NCBI GenBank assembly: GCA_038102935.1
Contig: JAYNYG010000002.1
Coordinates: forward strand, 62,027-126,026
Source of the DNA: Alphaproteobacteria bacterium
GTDB lineage: Bacteria; Pseudomonadota; Alphaproteobacteria; Bin95
Length of the DNA stretch: 64,000 bases
Reading direction: 5' to 3'
The first letter of the stretch is position 1. Every line of letters begins with the position of its first letter. The translations under genes and the position numbers were made by a program. Shown here one piece after another: positions 1 to 8,657 of this stretch. A model generated the notes under the pieces. The model was not told where the DNA came from. It searched no databases and saw nothing but the letters and a program-made list of their open reading frames with translations.

Positions 1-137
1 CGGATCACACGCTGGAAGAAGTCGGCCAGCAGTTCTCCGTGACCCGTGAACGTATCCGCCAGATTGAGGCGAAGGCGCTCCGCAAGCTGAAGCATCCAAG
101 CCGCAGCCGGAAACTCCGCAGTTTCCTCGATACCTGA
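1..137 (+). CDS. rpoD: RNA polymerase primary sigma factor, 3' fragment (region 4)
   Basis: Frame from nt 3 reads [44 protein letters not shown], the canonical sigma70 region 4.2; TGA at 135-137. Confidence 0.97.
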   Translation, partial: DHTLEEVGQQFSVTRERIRQIEAKALRKLKHPSRSRKLRSFLDT

Positions 138-140
138 TCT

Positions 141-1340
141 TTATCGGCGTCGCATGCCGCTATTAAGCGCTGCGACGCCGATGATCACACAGACGCTGAG
201 GCTCATGAACGCGAAACCCCAGGCATAGGGGTCTTGTCGTCCGCCAGTCACATCCAGCACAAAACCGAACAGCAACGGCCCGATAAAGCTGCCGATCGCG
301 TTGGCGAAGGCCATGAGCGTAATGGCGGCCCCTCGCCTGCCCGGAAGCGCTGCCGCAGCCGCTCCGCCATTCAGCGCGCCTGAATCCGCCAGCACGAAGC
401 AATTGTGGATCAGCACCAGGGCGGCAAACAGTAGGAGCGGCCCCAAGACTGAAAACCCAACTGCAGCACATGCAATGGCCGAACACGCCATGGCGATGCC
501 AGAGGCGTAGGCGAACCCGCGTTTATGGCCGTATTCGCCGCCAATCATACTCGCCGGCATGCCAATGAATGTGAGGAACCCGGCGAGACAGGCCGCGATG
601 AACAAGTTCGGCTCAAAGCCATAAACGCCAGCCGCGAACACGAAGAACGCGACCGACCAGGCGCGGAGACCCAAAAGCTCGACAGTGTGCATGGTCGCCG
701 CAATGAAATACCCGCGCATCTGGGGATCGCGCAGCTCGTCCCTGAAATCCAGCACAGCCCGCCGCGGCCCTGCCGGCGCGGCTTCCGGTTTGGCGGCGGG
801 TAAGGCGACCAACAGCAGTACAAATGCGACGGCGTTCGTGATTGCGGGCAGCAGGAACGCAGCGCGCCAGGTCCAGGCGTCAGCGATCAATATCGCGAGG
901 ACGAAGGAGAAACTCGTGGTCGTCGCAAAGCTCGACACATAGATGGAGGCTGCCCGGCCTCGCTGGCTTTGATCCACCCGGTCGCTGATCGCCTTCACGC
1001 CGGGCATATATGTCAGCGCAAACCCAATGCCTTGCAGCACCCGATAGGCCATGCCGCTCCATAGGTCATCGGCGAGCAAGCCAAAGCCGCAATAGCCGAT
1101 GATGTTGCAGATAACTCCGGTCAACAGGATCGGTTTTGCGTCAATTTTCTCAGACAGCGCGATCAACGGCACGGTGCCGATATAGGCAACGAACATGGCG
1201 CTGGTCAGCATGCCAGCTTCGGTTTCTGAGAGGCTCCAGATGGTGATGAAATGCGGCAGCAGCGCGCCCATGGCGTGCAGGCCCGTCAGCGTCAGGCCAA
1301 GATAGACGCACATCAGAAGCAAAAGCGGGCGGAGAGCCAT
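141..1340 (-). CDS. MFS transporter
   Basis: 399 aa with about 12 hydrophobic segments in two 6-TM halves; MFS-like loops (ALSEKIDAK, RVLQGIG). Confidence 0.88.
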   Translation of the reverse strand: MALRPLLLLMCVYLGLTLTGLHAMGALLPHFITIWSLSETEAGMLTSAMFVAYIGTVPLIALSEKIDAKPILLTGVICNIIGYCGFGLLADDLWSGMAYRVLQGIGFALTYMPGVKAISDRVDQSQRGRAASIYVSSFATTTSFSFVLAILIADAWTWRAAFLLPAITNAVAFVLLLVALPAAKPEAAPAGPRRAVLDFRDELRDPQMRGYFIAATMHTVELLGLRAWSVAFFVFAAGVYGFEPNLFIAACLAGFLTFIGMPASMIGGEYGHKRGFAYASGIAMACSAIACAAVGFSVLGPLLLFAALVLIHNCFVLADSGALNGGAAAAALPGRRGAAITLMAFANAIGSFIGPLLFGFVLDVTGGRQDPYAWGFAFMSLSVCVIIGVAALNSGMRRR

Positions 1341-1419
1341 CAGGGCAGCCAGTACGGGAGCGGAAGCGGAAAACCGGGCGCGGTCTCAAATGTGCGCCCG
1401 CTCTGAACGCCAGGCGCCG

Positions 1420-2211
1420 CTATGCCTCCCTGATTTCATACCCCGCCAGCACGCCCGCTTCAATCCAGCCCCGGAGATAGCCTGCGGCTTGTCCGGCGGC
1501 TTCCTCGGCGGGAACCCATTCCATCAGGCCTTCACAGAGCTCCGCGAAGGTTGCGCCGCCATCCGCTTCGTTCAGCGCCCAGGCTTCCGCCGCATCCATA
1601 GCCCGGAAGTTCGCCTGGAAATCATCCCGCCAGATCAGCCATGCCTGCGGGTCTTTATCCGCTTCCGCCGCTGCGGGCGCGGGGTCTGTATCGTCGTTCA
1701 AGGCAAGCCAGGCCTCTGGCCCGCCATGCTGCGTCGTAATTCGGCGAATATCAGCGGCGAGCGAGAACGCCAGCATCGGCCAATCATTCGGATGCACCGC
1801 CGCCATCGCCTCCATGGCGAGATGCGGCGCATCCTCGGCCAAGAACACTTCACCCATCGCCCATTCGAGCGCCGTTAACTCACTGAGCCAGGGCCTCTCG
1901 GACCAAGGGGCGGTCTCGGCCAGGAAAGCTGGCAAGCCCGCGCCGAAATACCGGGCGTTCGGATGGCGCGATGGATGGGCTGTCACATAGCCCGCCGCCA
2001 TCTGCAAAAACGCATCAGCGCCAAGTGCGGCATGCAGCTTCTCGTAATCACCCTCAAGAACCTCAGCAAGACGAGATCCATAGGCGTGTTCATAAACCCC
2101 CATCAGCACGTCCCGGCGCTCCAGGCGGCTATCCTGGATCAAGGGCATGATGGCGTCGTCGCCAGTGAGCATCCGGGCGGCGAATGCGCGTTGCAGTTCA
2201 GGCAAGCGCAT
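1420..2211 (-). CDS. DUF2063-type MNIO partner protein (BufC/HvfC-like)
   Basis: LPELQRAF...VYEHAYGSRLAEVL...F..MA..YV..HPS...LEWA pattern; start overlaps the stop of the upstream DUF692 gene. Confidence 0.85.
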   Translation of the reverse strand: MRLPELQRAFAARMLTGDDAIMPLIQDSRLERRDVLMGVYEHAYGSRLAEVLEGDYEKLHAALGADAFLQMAAGYVTAHPSRHPNARYFGAGLPAFLAETAPWSERPWLSELTALEWAMGEVFLAEDAPHLAMEAMAAVHPNDWPMLAFSLAADIRRITTQHGGPEAWLALNDDTDPAPAAAEADKDPQAWLIWRDDFQANFRAMDAAEAWALNEADGGATFAELCEGLMEWVPAEEAAGQAAGYLRGWIEAGVLAGYEIREA

Positions 2212-3074
2212 CAGGCGGCCTTCCCTTGCGCCTCGGCGGCGATGGCGCGGGCGCGATCAAGCTCCTGCTCCATATCTGCGAACGGCGAGATATCCGCATC
2301 GCGCTCAATCATCGTCGTGATCGGTCCAAGCCTGCGGATCGTCTCGGCATAGAGCGACCACACGGCTTCGATCACTGGCGCATCATGGGTGTCGACGATA
2401 TGCGTTTCGTTATGTTCATGGCCGGCCAGATGAATTTGAATGATCCGCTCCGCCGGAAGGCCTTCGATGAAGTCAATCGGGTCAAAGCCGTGATTGAAGC
2501 CGGAGACATAAATGTTGTTGACGTCCAGCAGCAGATCACAATCCGCCCGCTTCGCCATCTCCGCCAAGAAATCCCACTCGGTCATTTCAGAATTGGCGAA
2601 GGTCACATAGGTGGAGGCGTTTTCAAGCGCGATGCGGCGGCCAAGGTGATCCTGCACCTGGCCAATGCGATCAACGACATGGGCCAGCGCTTCCTCAGTG
2701 TATGGCAGCGGCAGCAGATCATGCAGGTTAACGCCGTCAACGCCTGTCCAACAGAGGTGATCCGAAATCCAGGCTGGGTTCAACCGCTCCGCCAGCGCCT
2801 TCAGGCCATCCAGATAATCCTGATCTAGCGGGTCAACGGAACCGATGGAAAGCGAGACGCCGTGCATCACCATCGGGAAGCGTTCACGCACACGATCTAG
2901 GTTGATGAGCGGGCGACCGCCAGCGCTCATATAATTCTCAGAAATGATCTCAAACCAATCAACGCGCGGCTCTGGCGCATCGTCGGGCCGGTCCAGCAAA
3001 TCATTGTAATGCTGCGCGCGGAGGCCAAGGCCGAACCCAAGATAGGGGCGGCTCAATGCGGTATGTTCTGTCAT
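2211..3074 (-). CDS. DUF692 multinuclear non-heme iron oxidative enzyme (MNIO, BufB2-like)
   Basis: GLGLR..H, FEIISENY, HGVSLSIGS, SDHLCW, DLLPLPYTEEAL, LENAS, LLDVNNIYV, QIHLAGH, DTH, IERD. Confidence 0.95.
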   Translation of the reverse strand: MTEHTALSRPYLGFGLGLRAQHYNDLLDRPDDAPEPRVDWFEIISENYMSAGGRPLINLDRVRERFPMVMHGVSLSIGSVDPLDQDYLDGLKALAERLNPAWISDHLCWTGVDGVNLHDLLPLPYTEEALAHVVDRIGQVQDHLGRRIALENASTYVTFANSEMTEWDFLAEMAKRADCDLLLDVNNIYVSGFNHGFDPIDFIEGLPAERIIQIHLAGHEHNETHIVDTHDAPVIEAVWSLYAETIRRLGPITTMIERDADISPFADMEQELDRARAIAAEAQGKAA

Positions 3075-3100
3075 GGCTTAGATATCGGAAACTCTTGGGC

Positions 3101-3140
3101 AGAAAACAATACGGCCGGGCCTGTTTCCAGGCCCGGCCGC
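3101..3140 (-). terminator. Hairpin/leaky intrinsic terminator between the bufA2-like precursor and its MNIO
   Basis: Perfect 12-bp stem CGGCCGGGCCTG (3112-3123/3128-3139) with a GAAA tetraloop on the minus strand, followed by the imperfect U-tract ATTGTTTTCT. Confidence 0.7.
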
Positions 3141-3163
3141 ATCAATCAAGCGTGAAGCTTGGA

Positions 3164-3418
3164 TCAGGCAGGCGTGCCGCCAGCCTTCGTGCAAGCGTCG
3201 GCGGAAGCCGCCTTCGTCCAGCCCTGGCCTTTACAAGCGTTGTGGCCTTTGCAGGCGCTCGTCGCTGTAGCGCAGGCGCTGGAGCCCTTGCAGGAGTTGG
3301 CGCCAACGCATTTGACGCCAGAACCCGCAGCGGCAGGGGTCGTAGCGACCGTACCAGCAGCGAACATAGCGGCAGCAGCAGCAGCGACAACCATACCTGT
3401 GGTCTTGGAAACTTTCAT
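3164..3418 (-). CDS. Secreted Cys-rich RiPP precursor, bufferin BufA2 type
   Basis: Ala-rich Sec signal, then KCVGANSCKGSSACATATSACKGHNACKGQGW...C (six Cys, repeated NxCKG); GGAGG RBS; directly upstream of DUF692. Confidence 0.9.
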   Translation of the reverse strand: MKVSKTTGMVVAAAAAAMFAAGTVATTPAAAGSGVKCVGANSCKGSSACATATSACKGHNACKGQGWTKAASADACTKAGGTPA

Positions 3419-3512
3419 GATTAATCCTCCGTGTTTGGTTTCGAACTTAGTCTCACATCCCGCTAACAGAACATCTGCAAACGAGCTGTCATTACAGTAA
3501 GATCATGGGGCG

Positions 3513-3535
3513 GATAAGATTATTAAAGTCTTATC
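3513..3535. promoter_or_regulatory. AT-rich palindrome, candidate operator upstream of the bufA2-like gene
   Basis: GATAAGA-N9-TCTTATC inverted repeat (extends to 8/9 bp) in the doxX-bufA2 intergenic region. Confidence 0.4.
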
Positions 3536-3558
3536 ACATCACCGTGAGGACCGATTTT

Positions 3559-4032
3559 TCACTTTCGGTCCATGAACCGGTGGATCGTCGCATCCAACGA
3601 AATCAGGCCAGGCCCCTTGGAAATGATCAGCAAAAGAGCGCCCGCCCAGAACAAATGAATGTCCCAAAGGTTCGGGTACACGAAAATCTGGATCACTGCC
3701 GTCATGCCGAGCAGCGCCAATGCAGAGAGCCTGCTGAACAGCCCAAGGATGAGCAGAATCGGGAAAAGATGCTCCGCATATGTCGCAAGATAGGCCGCAA
3801 TATCTGGCGGAATGATCGGCAGGGCGTATTCGTATTCAAACAGTGTGAACGTGCCGTCCGCGACCTCAAGCCCGGACGAGGTTTTTGTCATGCCCGACTT
3901 CAGGAACACCATGGCGATGCCGACTCGCGTCGCCAGCAAAACCAGCCACATGGGGATTTGTTCCGCCATATTGACCAGCCGGTCCCAAATGCCCATTGGC
4001 CCTTCGCGTGGAATTCGCCCCGTTTCGTACAT
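3559..4032 (-). CDS. DoxX family membrane protein (BufD-like)
   Basis: RVGIAMVFLKSG..K, LFEYEYALP, LATYAEHLFPILLILGLFSRLSAL, IQIFVYP..W..H..W, GPGLISLD; true start may be at MGIWD or MAEQ. Confidence 0.92.
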   Translation of the reverse strand: MYETGRIPREGPMGIWDRLVNMAEQIPMWLVLLATRVGIAMVFLKSGMTKTSSGLEVADGTFTLFEYEYALPIIPPDIAAYLATYAEHLFPILLILGLFSRLSALALLGMTAVIQIFVYPNLWDIHLFWAGALLLIISKGPGLISLDATIHRFMDRK

Positions 4033-4043
4033 ATCGCCCTCCG

Positions 4044-4847
4044 TTAAATGTTTGTTGTTTTCACTACGTCGGCGAAGACGGTCTGCGCAAGGCAGTTCCC
4101 CAACGTCTCGCCGAAATCGAATTCTCCCTGCGCCGCGGCTAATTCCACTGCAGCGCCAATGGACTGGCCTTCGAACAATGCCGAGAGAAAGGCAAAGGTT
4201 GCAGGCTCCAGGGGCGCTAGCTCCACATCCAGATCAGGCCTGGACATGATGAGATATGCGGGATCGCCGCTCACCATGCCGCCATCAACGGCGTTATCGA
4301 GCGCCCCACGCCACAATATGTGAACCGGGAACGCCGCTTCGATCAACCTGACAGTCGGATGCGCCTCAAGGCTGGCGTTGGCGATCTCCGCAGACGGAAC
4401 AGCCGTCAGTCGGGTTGGCTCCAACCGGCCGGCGGCGGGCGCGTGAAAGCTTTCATGCATCGCCCATTCAAGGCGCGCCACATCCATCACATAACCGTGA
4501 TCCGCCAATCCAGGTGCAGCCGCGAGCGCAGCCGGGAGATCGCCGCCATATTCGAATATCCCCGCTGCGCTCGGCGGATTGGCGCGCACATAGCGCCTGG
4601 CGAAGGCGTCAAAATACGCGGCGCCGAGCAGTGCGCGCGTCGCCTCAAATACACCGCCAAGGGCTTCGGATAGCGTCGTGGCGAAATGGTTTCTGTGAAT
4701 GGCGAGGCGGCGCTCTGCCGGAATGCCATCAGCGTTCACGGCTTCAAGCAACGCGGCGGGCGGTTGCGGCTCGGCGCCATCTGCACTGACGCCACCCAGC
4801 ACCGTCGCCCGGAAGTCAGCCTGTAACGTTGCAAGACTAGGCTGCAT
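4044..4847 (-). CDS. DUF2063-type MNIO partner protein (BufC1-like)
   Basis: LATLQADF, RLAIHRNHF...L.EAL...F, NPPS, EYG..LP, DVARLEWAMHESFHA; overlaps the upstream DUF692 gene. Confidence 0.88.
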   Translation of the reverse strand: MQPSLATLQADFRATVLGGVSADGAEPQPPAALLEAVNADGIPAERRLAIHRNHFATTLSEALGGVFEATRALLGAAYFDAFARRYVRANPPSAAGIFEYGGDLPAALAAAPGLADHGYVMDVARLEWAMHESFHAPAAGRLEPTRLTAVPSAEIANASLEAHPTVRLIEAAFPVHILWRGALDNAVDGGMVSGDPAYLIMSRPDLDVELAPLEPATFAFLSALFEGQSIGAAVELAAAQGEFDFGETLGNCLAQTVFADVVKTTNI

Positions 4848-5712
4848 CAGCTGCGCCGCCTTGGGTCGCCATAATCGCCTCTGCGCGCGCCGCTTCAGCC
4901 TGAAGAACGTCCAATGCGGGAATGCGCGTGTCCCATTCGATCAGCGCCGGAACGCGGCCTGCATGCTGGATCGCCTGTTCAAACAGCGTCCAAACGGCGG
5001 CGTCCACATGGCTGCCATGATCGTCAATGCGAATTTCCTTGCCATCGTCGAAGTGGTTGATCGCATGACCCGCCAGATGAATTTCGCCAATGATGTCTGC
5101 AGGCGTTTCGGCGATGAACTGGGCGGCGTCAAAATTATGATTGCGCGCATTCACGTAAACGTTGTTGACGTCCAGCAGCGCCATGCAGCCCGCACGCTTG
5201 CAAACTTCCGCCAGAAACGCCTGCTCTGACATCGTCGAGGCAGTGAAGGTCATGTAGGCGGATGCGTTTTCGACCAGGATCGGGCGTTGAAAGGCGTCCT
5301 GCGCCTGCTGCACATTGCTGACCACTTGCGCCAAAGCTTCCTCTGTATAGGGGAGCGGCAGCAGGTCATTCAGATATGCATCGCCGACGCGAGCGAAAGA
5401 AAGATGTTCGGAGATCAGGCCAGGCTCAATCTTGGCAGCCAACTCGGCAAGCCGCGCCAAATGCGCTTTATCCAGGCCGTCTGCTGCGCCGAGGGACAAG
5501 CCGACGCCGTGCATCGACATCGGGTAATGCGCCCGGATGCGCTCCAGGTAAAGATATGGCGCGCCGCCGCCCAGATAGTTCTCTGGGTGGAATTCGAGCC
5601 ATGGGATATCGGGCCGCTCTTCGACGATCTGTTCAAAATGCGGCGCGCGGAGGCCGATCCCGGCTTCTGCTGGGATCGGCCCCGACTGCGCCGGATGCTG
5701 CGAAGACGTCAT
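4837..5712 (-). CDS. DUF692 MNIO (BufB1-like)
   Basis: GIGLRAPH, LEFHPENY, HGVGLSLG, SEHLSF, NDLLPLPYTEEAL, VENAS, LLDVNNVYV, EIHLAGH, IDDHGS, LIEWD. Confidence 0.95.
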   Translation of the reverse strand: MTSSQHPAQSGPIPAEAGIGLRAPHFEQIVEERPDIPWLEFHPENYLGGGAPYLYLERIRAHYPMSMHGVGLSLGAADGLDKAHLARLAELAAKIEPGLISEHLSFARVGDAYLNDLLPLPYTEEALAQVVSNVQQAQDAFQRPILVENASAYMTFTASTMSEQAFLAEVCKRAGCMALLDVNNVYVNARNHNFDAAQFIAETPADIIGEIHLAGHAINHFDDGKEIRIDDHGSHVDAAVWTLFEQAIQHAGRVPALIEWDTRIPALDVLQAEAARAEAIMATQGGAADAA

Positions 5713-5745
5713 CGCGCGCGTCCGGATGTTACGCTCAAACCAAGC

Positions 5746-6000
5746 TTAGCTGGCGGTCTTGGCAGAGCCGGTGAGGCGGTCGCAAAGACCAGCTGGCACC
5801 AGAACCCAAGCATCTTTCTGATCGTCAACTTTAGACGTGCCGGCGCAGGAGCTGGTTGCGGTCTGGCAATCATTCTTGCCTGCTTTCACAACGCCGTAGC
5901 ACTTTTCCATTTTCTTTTTCGCAGCGACGGCTTGGCCTGCGGCGAAGGTCATGCCAACGGCGGCGACAACAGCGGCGGCGGCGATTTGTGTTTTATTCAT
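5746..6000 (-). CDS. DUF2282 bufferin precursor (BufA1 type)
   Basis: Signal peptide, then MEKCYGVVKAGKNDC...SCAG...W..VPAGLC..L.G with four Cys (C34, C45, C52, C73); AAGGAG RBS. Confidence 0.93.
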   Translation of the reverse strand: MNKTQIAAAAVVAAVGMTFAAGQAVAAKKKMEKCYGVVKAGKNDCQTATSSCAGTSKVDDQKDAWVLVPAGLCDRLTGSAKTAS

Positions 6001-6195
6001 GAGAATTCTCCTTGGGTTCTGAAGCGGTCGACTGTTTGGCCCATTTTGAGCCGGGATTGAAAGCGTGGCGACCTACTTGGTCTTACGCTCTGCCCTAGAG
6101 ATAAGGGTGGAAGTAGATCAAGCGCCAATAACGGCTGCGTGAGGTCACGCTGCTGTCATTCGCCGTGACGCCAATTTCCCGGATAGTTTACCATC

Positions 6196-7083
6196 ATGGG
6201 AGATAAAAGCATGGCGACTGTCGCGGAGAGCGAACCAGGCGCGATCATGGGCGCCTTGCCATGGCCGGAAGCCGCAACCCGTATAACAGCCGGGCATCCG
6301 ATCATCATCCCCATCGGCGCCGCCGCCAAGGCGCATGGGCCGCATCTGCCGCTCGCGACGGACAAAATCACCGTCGAAGCGCTCGGGGAAAAGCTCGCAG
6401 CAGCGTTGCCCATTCTGGTCGCGCCTACGGTTGGTTTCGGCTACTATCCCGCCTTCGTCGAGTATCCAGCGAGCCAGCATATTTCTGGGCGGTTATTCGA
6501 GGACCTTTTGACAACGCTCATGCGCAGCTTCATCGATCATGGCGGAAGGCGCATTTTGCTTCTGAATGACGGCGTATCAACCGAAGCGCCGGTCACACTC
6601 GCCTGTCATTCGATCTATGCTGAAACAGGCATCCGGCCAGCGATGGCGCATCTCCGCCTGTTTGGGCGAGGCGCTGACCATGTGCTGGACAATCCAGATG
6701 GCGGCCATGCAGATGAACGCGAAACATCATTGATGCTGGCGCTCAGGCCAGATCTCGTGGACCTCACGAAGGCCATGCCAGCCCCAGCTGAGCATCCCAA
6801 CGGCGCCCCAAGCAGCAAGCCCCGGCCCGGCGGCGCCCGCATCATGCAGCCAATCCGCCTCGCCCATGGCCACCTGGCTGGCCCTGGCGAGCACTCCTGC
6901 GATGGCGCCACCGGCGACCCCACATTGGCCAGCGCTGAAAAAGGCGCCGCGATCCTGGCGGCGACCATGGAAGATCTAATCCAGGAAATCCGGCGCGTAT
7001 TCCATGATGCGCCCGGAATGGCGAACACGGCAATGGCGAACACGGGCATGGCGAATACGGGTGCAGATGGAGACAGCGAATGA
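6196..7083 (+). CDS. Creatininase/creatinine amidohydrolase family protein
   Basis: PIGAAAKAHGPHLPLATD, GYYPAFVEYP, GGHADERETSLMLA, GATGDPTLASAEKG. Confidence 0.88.
   Translation: MGDKSMATVAESEPGAIMGALPWPEAATRITAGHPIIIPIGAAAKAHGPHLPLATDKITVEALGEKLAAALPILVAPTVGFGYYPAFVEYPASQHISGRLFEDLLTTLMRSFIDHGGRRILLLNDGVSTEAPVTLACHSIYAETGIRPAMAHLRLFGRGADHVLDNPDGGHADERETSLMLALRPDLVDLTKAMPAPAEHPNGAPSSKPRPGGARIMQPIRLAHGHLAGPGEHSCDGATGDPTLASAEKGAAILAATMEDLIQEIRRVFHDAPGMANTAMANTGMANTGADGDSE
7018..7062 (+). repeat. 3 x 15-bp tandem repeat encoding MANTA/MANTG/MANTG
   Basis: ATGGCGAACACGGCA ATGGCGAACACGGGC ATGGCGAATACGGGT. Confidence 0.9.
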
Positions 7084-8492
7084 CAATACGGATGCAAGCT
7101 AGGTGCGGCATAGCGCTGCTCAGCGTGATCATCGCCGCCGCACTTTTCCCATCCGCTGCTGCGGCAGCGCCAGAGTGCGGCTACACAATAGCGCCGCGCG
7201 CGACAGATGACCTCCGCAATCTGGTCGTTGATGTCACCATAGACTGCACTGAATCCCGGGCACCGAAGGATTTCGCTTTCGCTTACGACGGTGAAAACCA
7301 TGCCGATTGGCGCCGCCTAGACGATGGCCGACTAACATACGCGGTGCAGCTTGGAGCCTTGGCCCGAAGCAACGCCTCGGCCGATTTCGCCGCAACGCCG
7401 CGCGGCGTGATGGCCCCGGTTGATGCGTGGCTTGGCATCGATACAACGACAGACGAGATGGCTGTAACGCCGATCATGACGGCCCCTGGCAATACGTCCG
7501 GGATTCAATTTCTACACAATCTAACTGCAAACCGGATGGACGGCTGGGAGGGCGCTATTACCCGGCAGGACTGGGCTTTTGGCGGCTATACCGTGTTCAC
7601 GGACCGCATGCCGATGCAGGTCATGACCCCTGGCCCCGGCGCATTCACAGATCCAGGGCGCAACGGCGCCGCCATGGCCGAAATCACCGTCGCCGTGCTG
7701 GATGACGGTTTCGCCATGGATGACGCGGCGATCACGGCCTGGGTCACCCGCTTTGCCGGGCTGGTTGGGCGGTACTGGGGCGGGTTTCCAGCGGATCACC
7801 TGCTGGTCGCGGTCTCGCCGCACGGGCGGGTGAATGGACCGTTCGGTCGGGTCCGCGGCGGCGGCGGCGCTACGTTGCTAATGCGGATTTCAAAGCAAGA
7901 CGATCCAAAATTCCTGCACGAACAGGATTGGGTGCTGCCCCATGAGCTCATCCATGTCGGCGCGCCCTTTGCGCCTGCCCGCCGACCTTGGTTCATGGAA
8001 GGCATGGCGACCTATCTTGAACCGCTGATCCGGGCGCTCGGCGGCGCTGCGACCGAACGGGCTGTATGGAACGAATGGGTGCGCGCGATGCCATCTGGCG
8101 CCGCTGCATTCAACACCGAAGGGCTCGAAGGACGCGGCCACCCCTATTGGTCGGGGGCGTTGTTCTTTTTACTAGCGCAATATGAAACCGCAAAGCTCGG
8201 GCGCATTGACGGCTTGGCGCCCTGCTTTCGTGCATTTCGCAACAGATTAGGCGACGCTTCCAGCCGGACGAACGTTCATGCGTTGATGCAAATTTGTGAT
8301 GAAACGCTCGGTGCGCCAGTGATGGCTGATCTTTACAAACGGTATGCCTATCCGGCGGATTTCGACATCCGGCCGCTTTGGCAGGCGCTCGGCGTTAGCC
8401 GTGGCGAGGACGGCGTTGTCCTATATACCGAAGGTAAAAAACTGCGCGATTTAATCTTCAATTCCGCGCAATTCCCGGAACCTTTGTCCTGA
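7080..8492 (+). CDS. Secreted gluzincin-type metallopeptidase (M61/M1-like)
   Basis: Signal peptide; HELIH zinc motif followed by WFMEGMATY (third ligand E); ATGA coupling to the upstream gene. Confidence 0.75.
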   Translation: MTIRMQARCGIALLSVIIAAALFPSAAAAAPECGYTIAPRATDDLRNLVVDVTIDCTESRAPKDFAFAYDGENHADWRRLDDGRLTYAVQLGALARSNASADFAATPRGVMAPVDAWLGIDTTTDEMAVTPIMTAPGNTSGIQFLHNLTANRMDGWEGAITRQDWAFGGYTVFTDRMPMQVMTPGPGAFTDPGRNGAAMAEITVAVLDDGFAMDDAAITAWVTRFAGLVGRYWGGFPADHLLVAVSPHGRVNGPFGRVRGGGGATLLMRISKQDDPKFLHEQDWVLPHELIHVGAPFAPARRPWFMEGMATYLEPLIRALGGAATERAVWNEWVRAMPSGAAAFNTEGLEGRGHPYWSGALFFLLAQYETAKLGRIDGLAPCFRAFRNRLGDASSRTNVHALMQICDETLGAPVMADLYKRYAYPADFDIRPLWQALGVSRGEDGVVLYTEGKKLRDLIFNSAQFPEPLS

Positions 8493-8657
8493 CAAAGGCT
8501 TTTCATGGTCACAGTTTCGGCTTACAAGGCTTCAATAGTCGAACCGATCCGCGCTTCAAGAGCTCTGAAACGCGCACTGTAGACGATGCGGTCGCGCCTT
8601 TCTTTGAGGCCGAACGAAAAAGCGAATTGGAAAACCGACCCAACAAAGGGGGACATT

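Noticed and set aside
6001-6195. SigF/ECF16-type promoter (GTAACC-N16-CGAA/CGTA) upstream of bufA1; also checked 3419-3558 for bufA2
   Set aside because: Half-sites exist (CGTAA at 6083-6087, GTAAAC at 6186-6191, CGAA at 6159-6162 on the minus strand) but none pair at the right spacing
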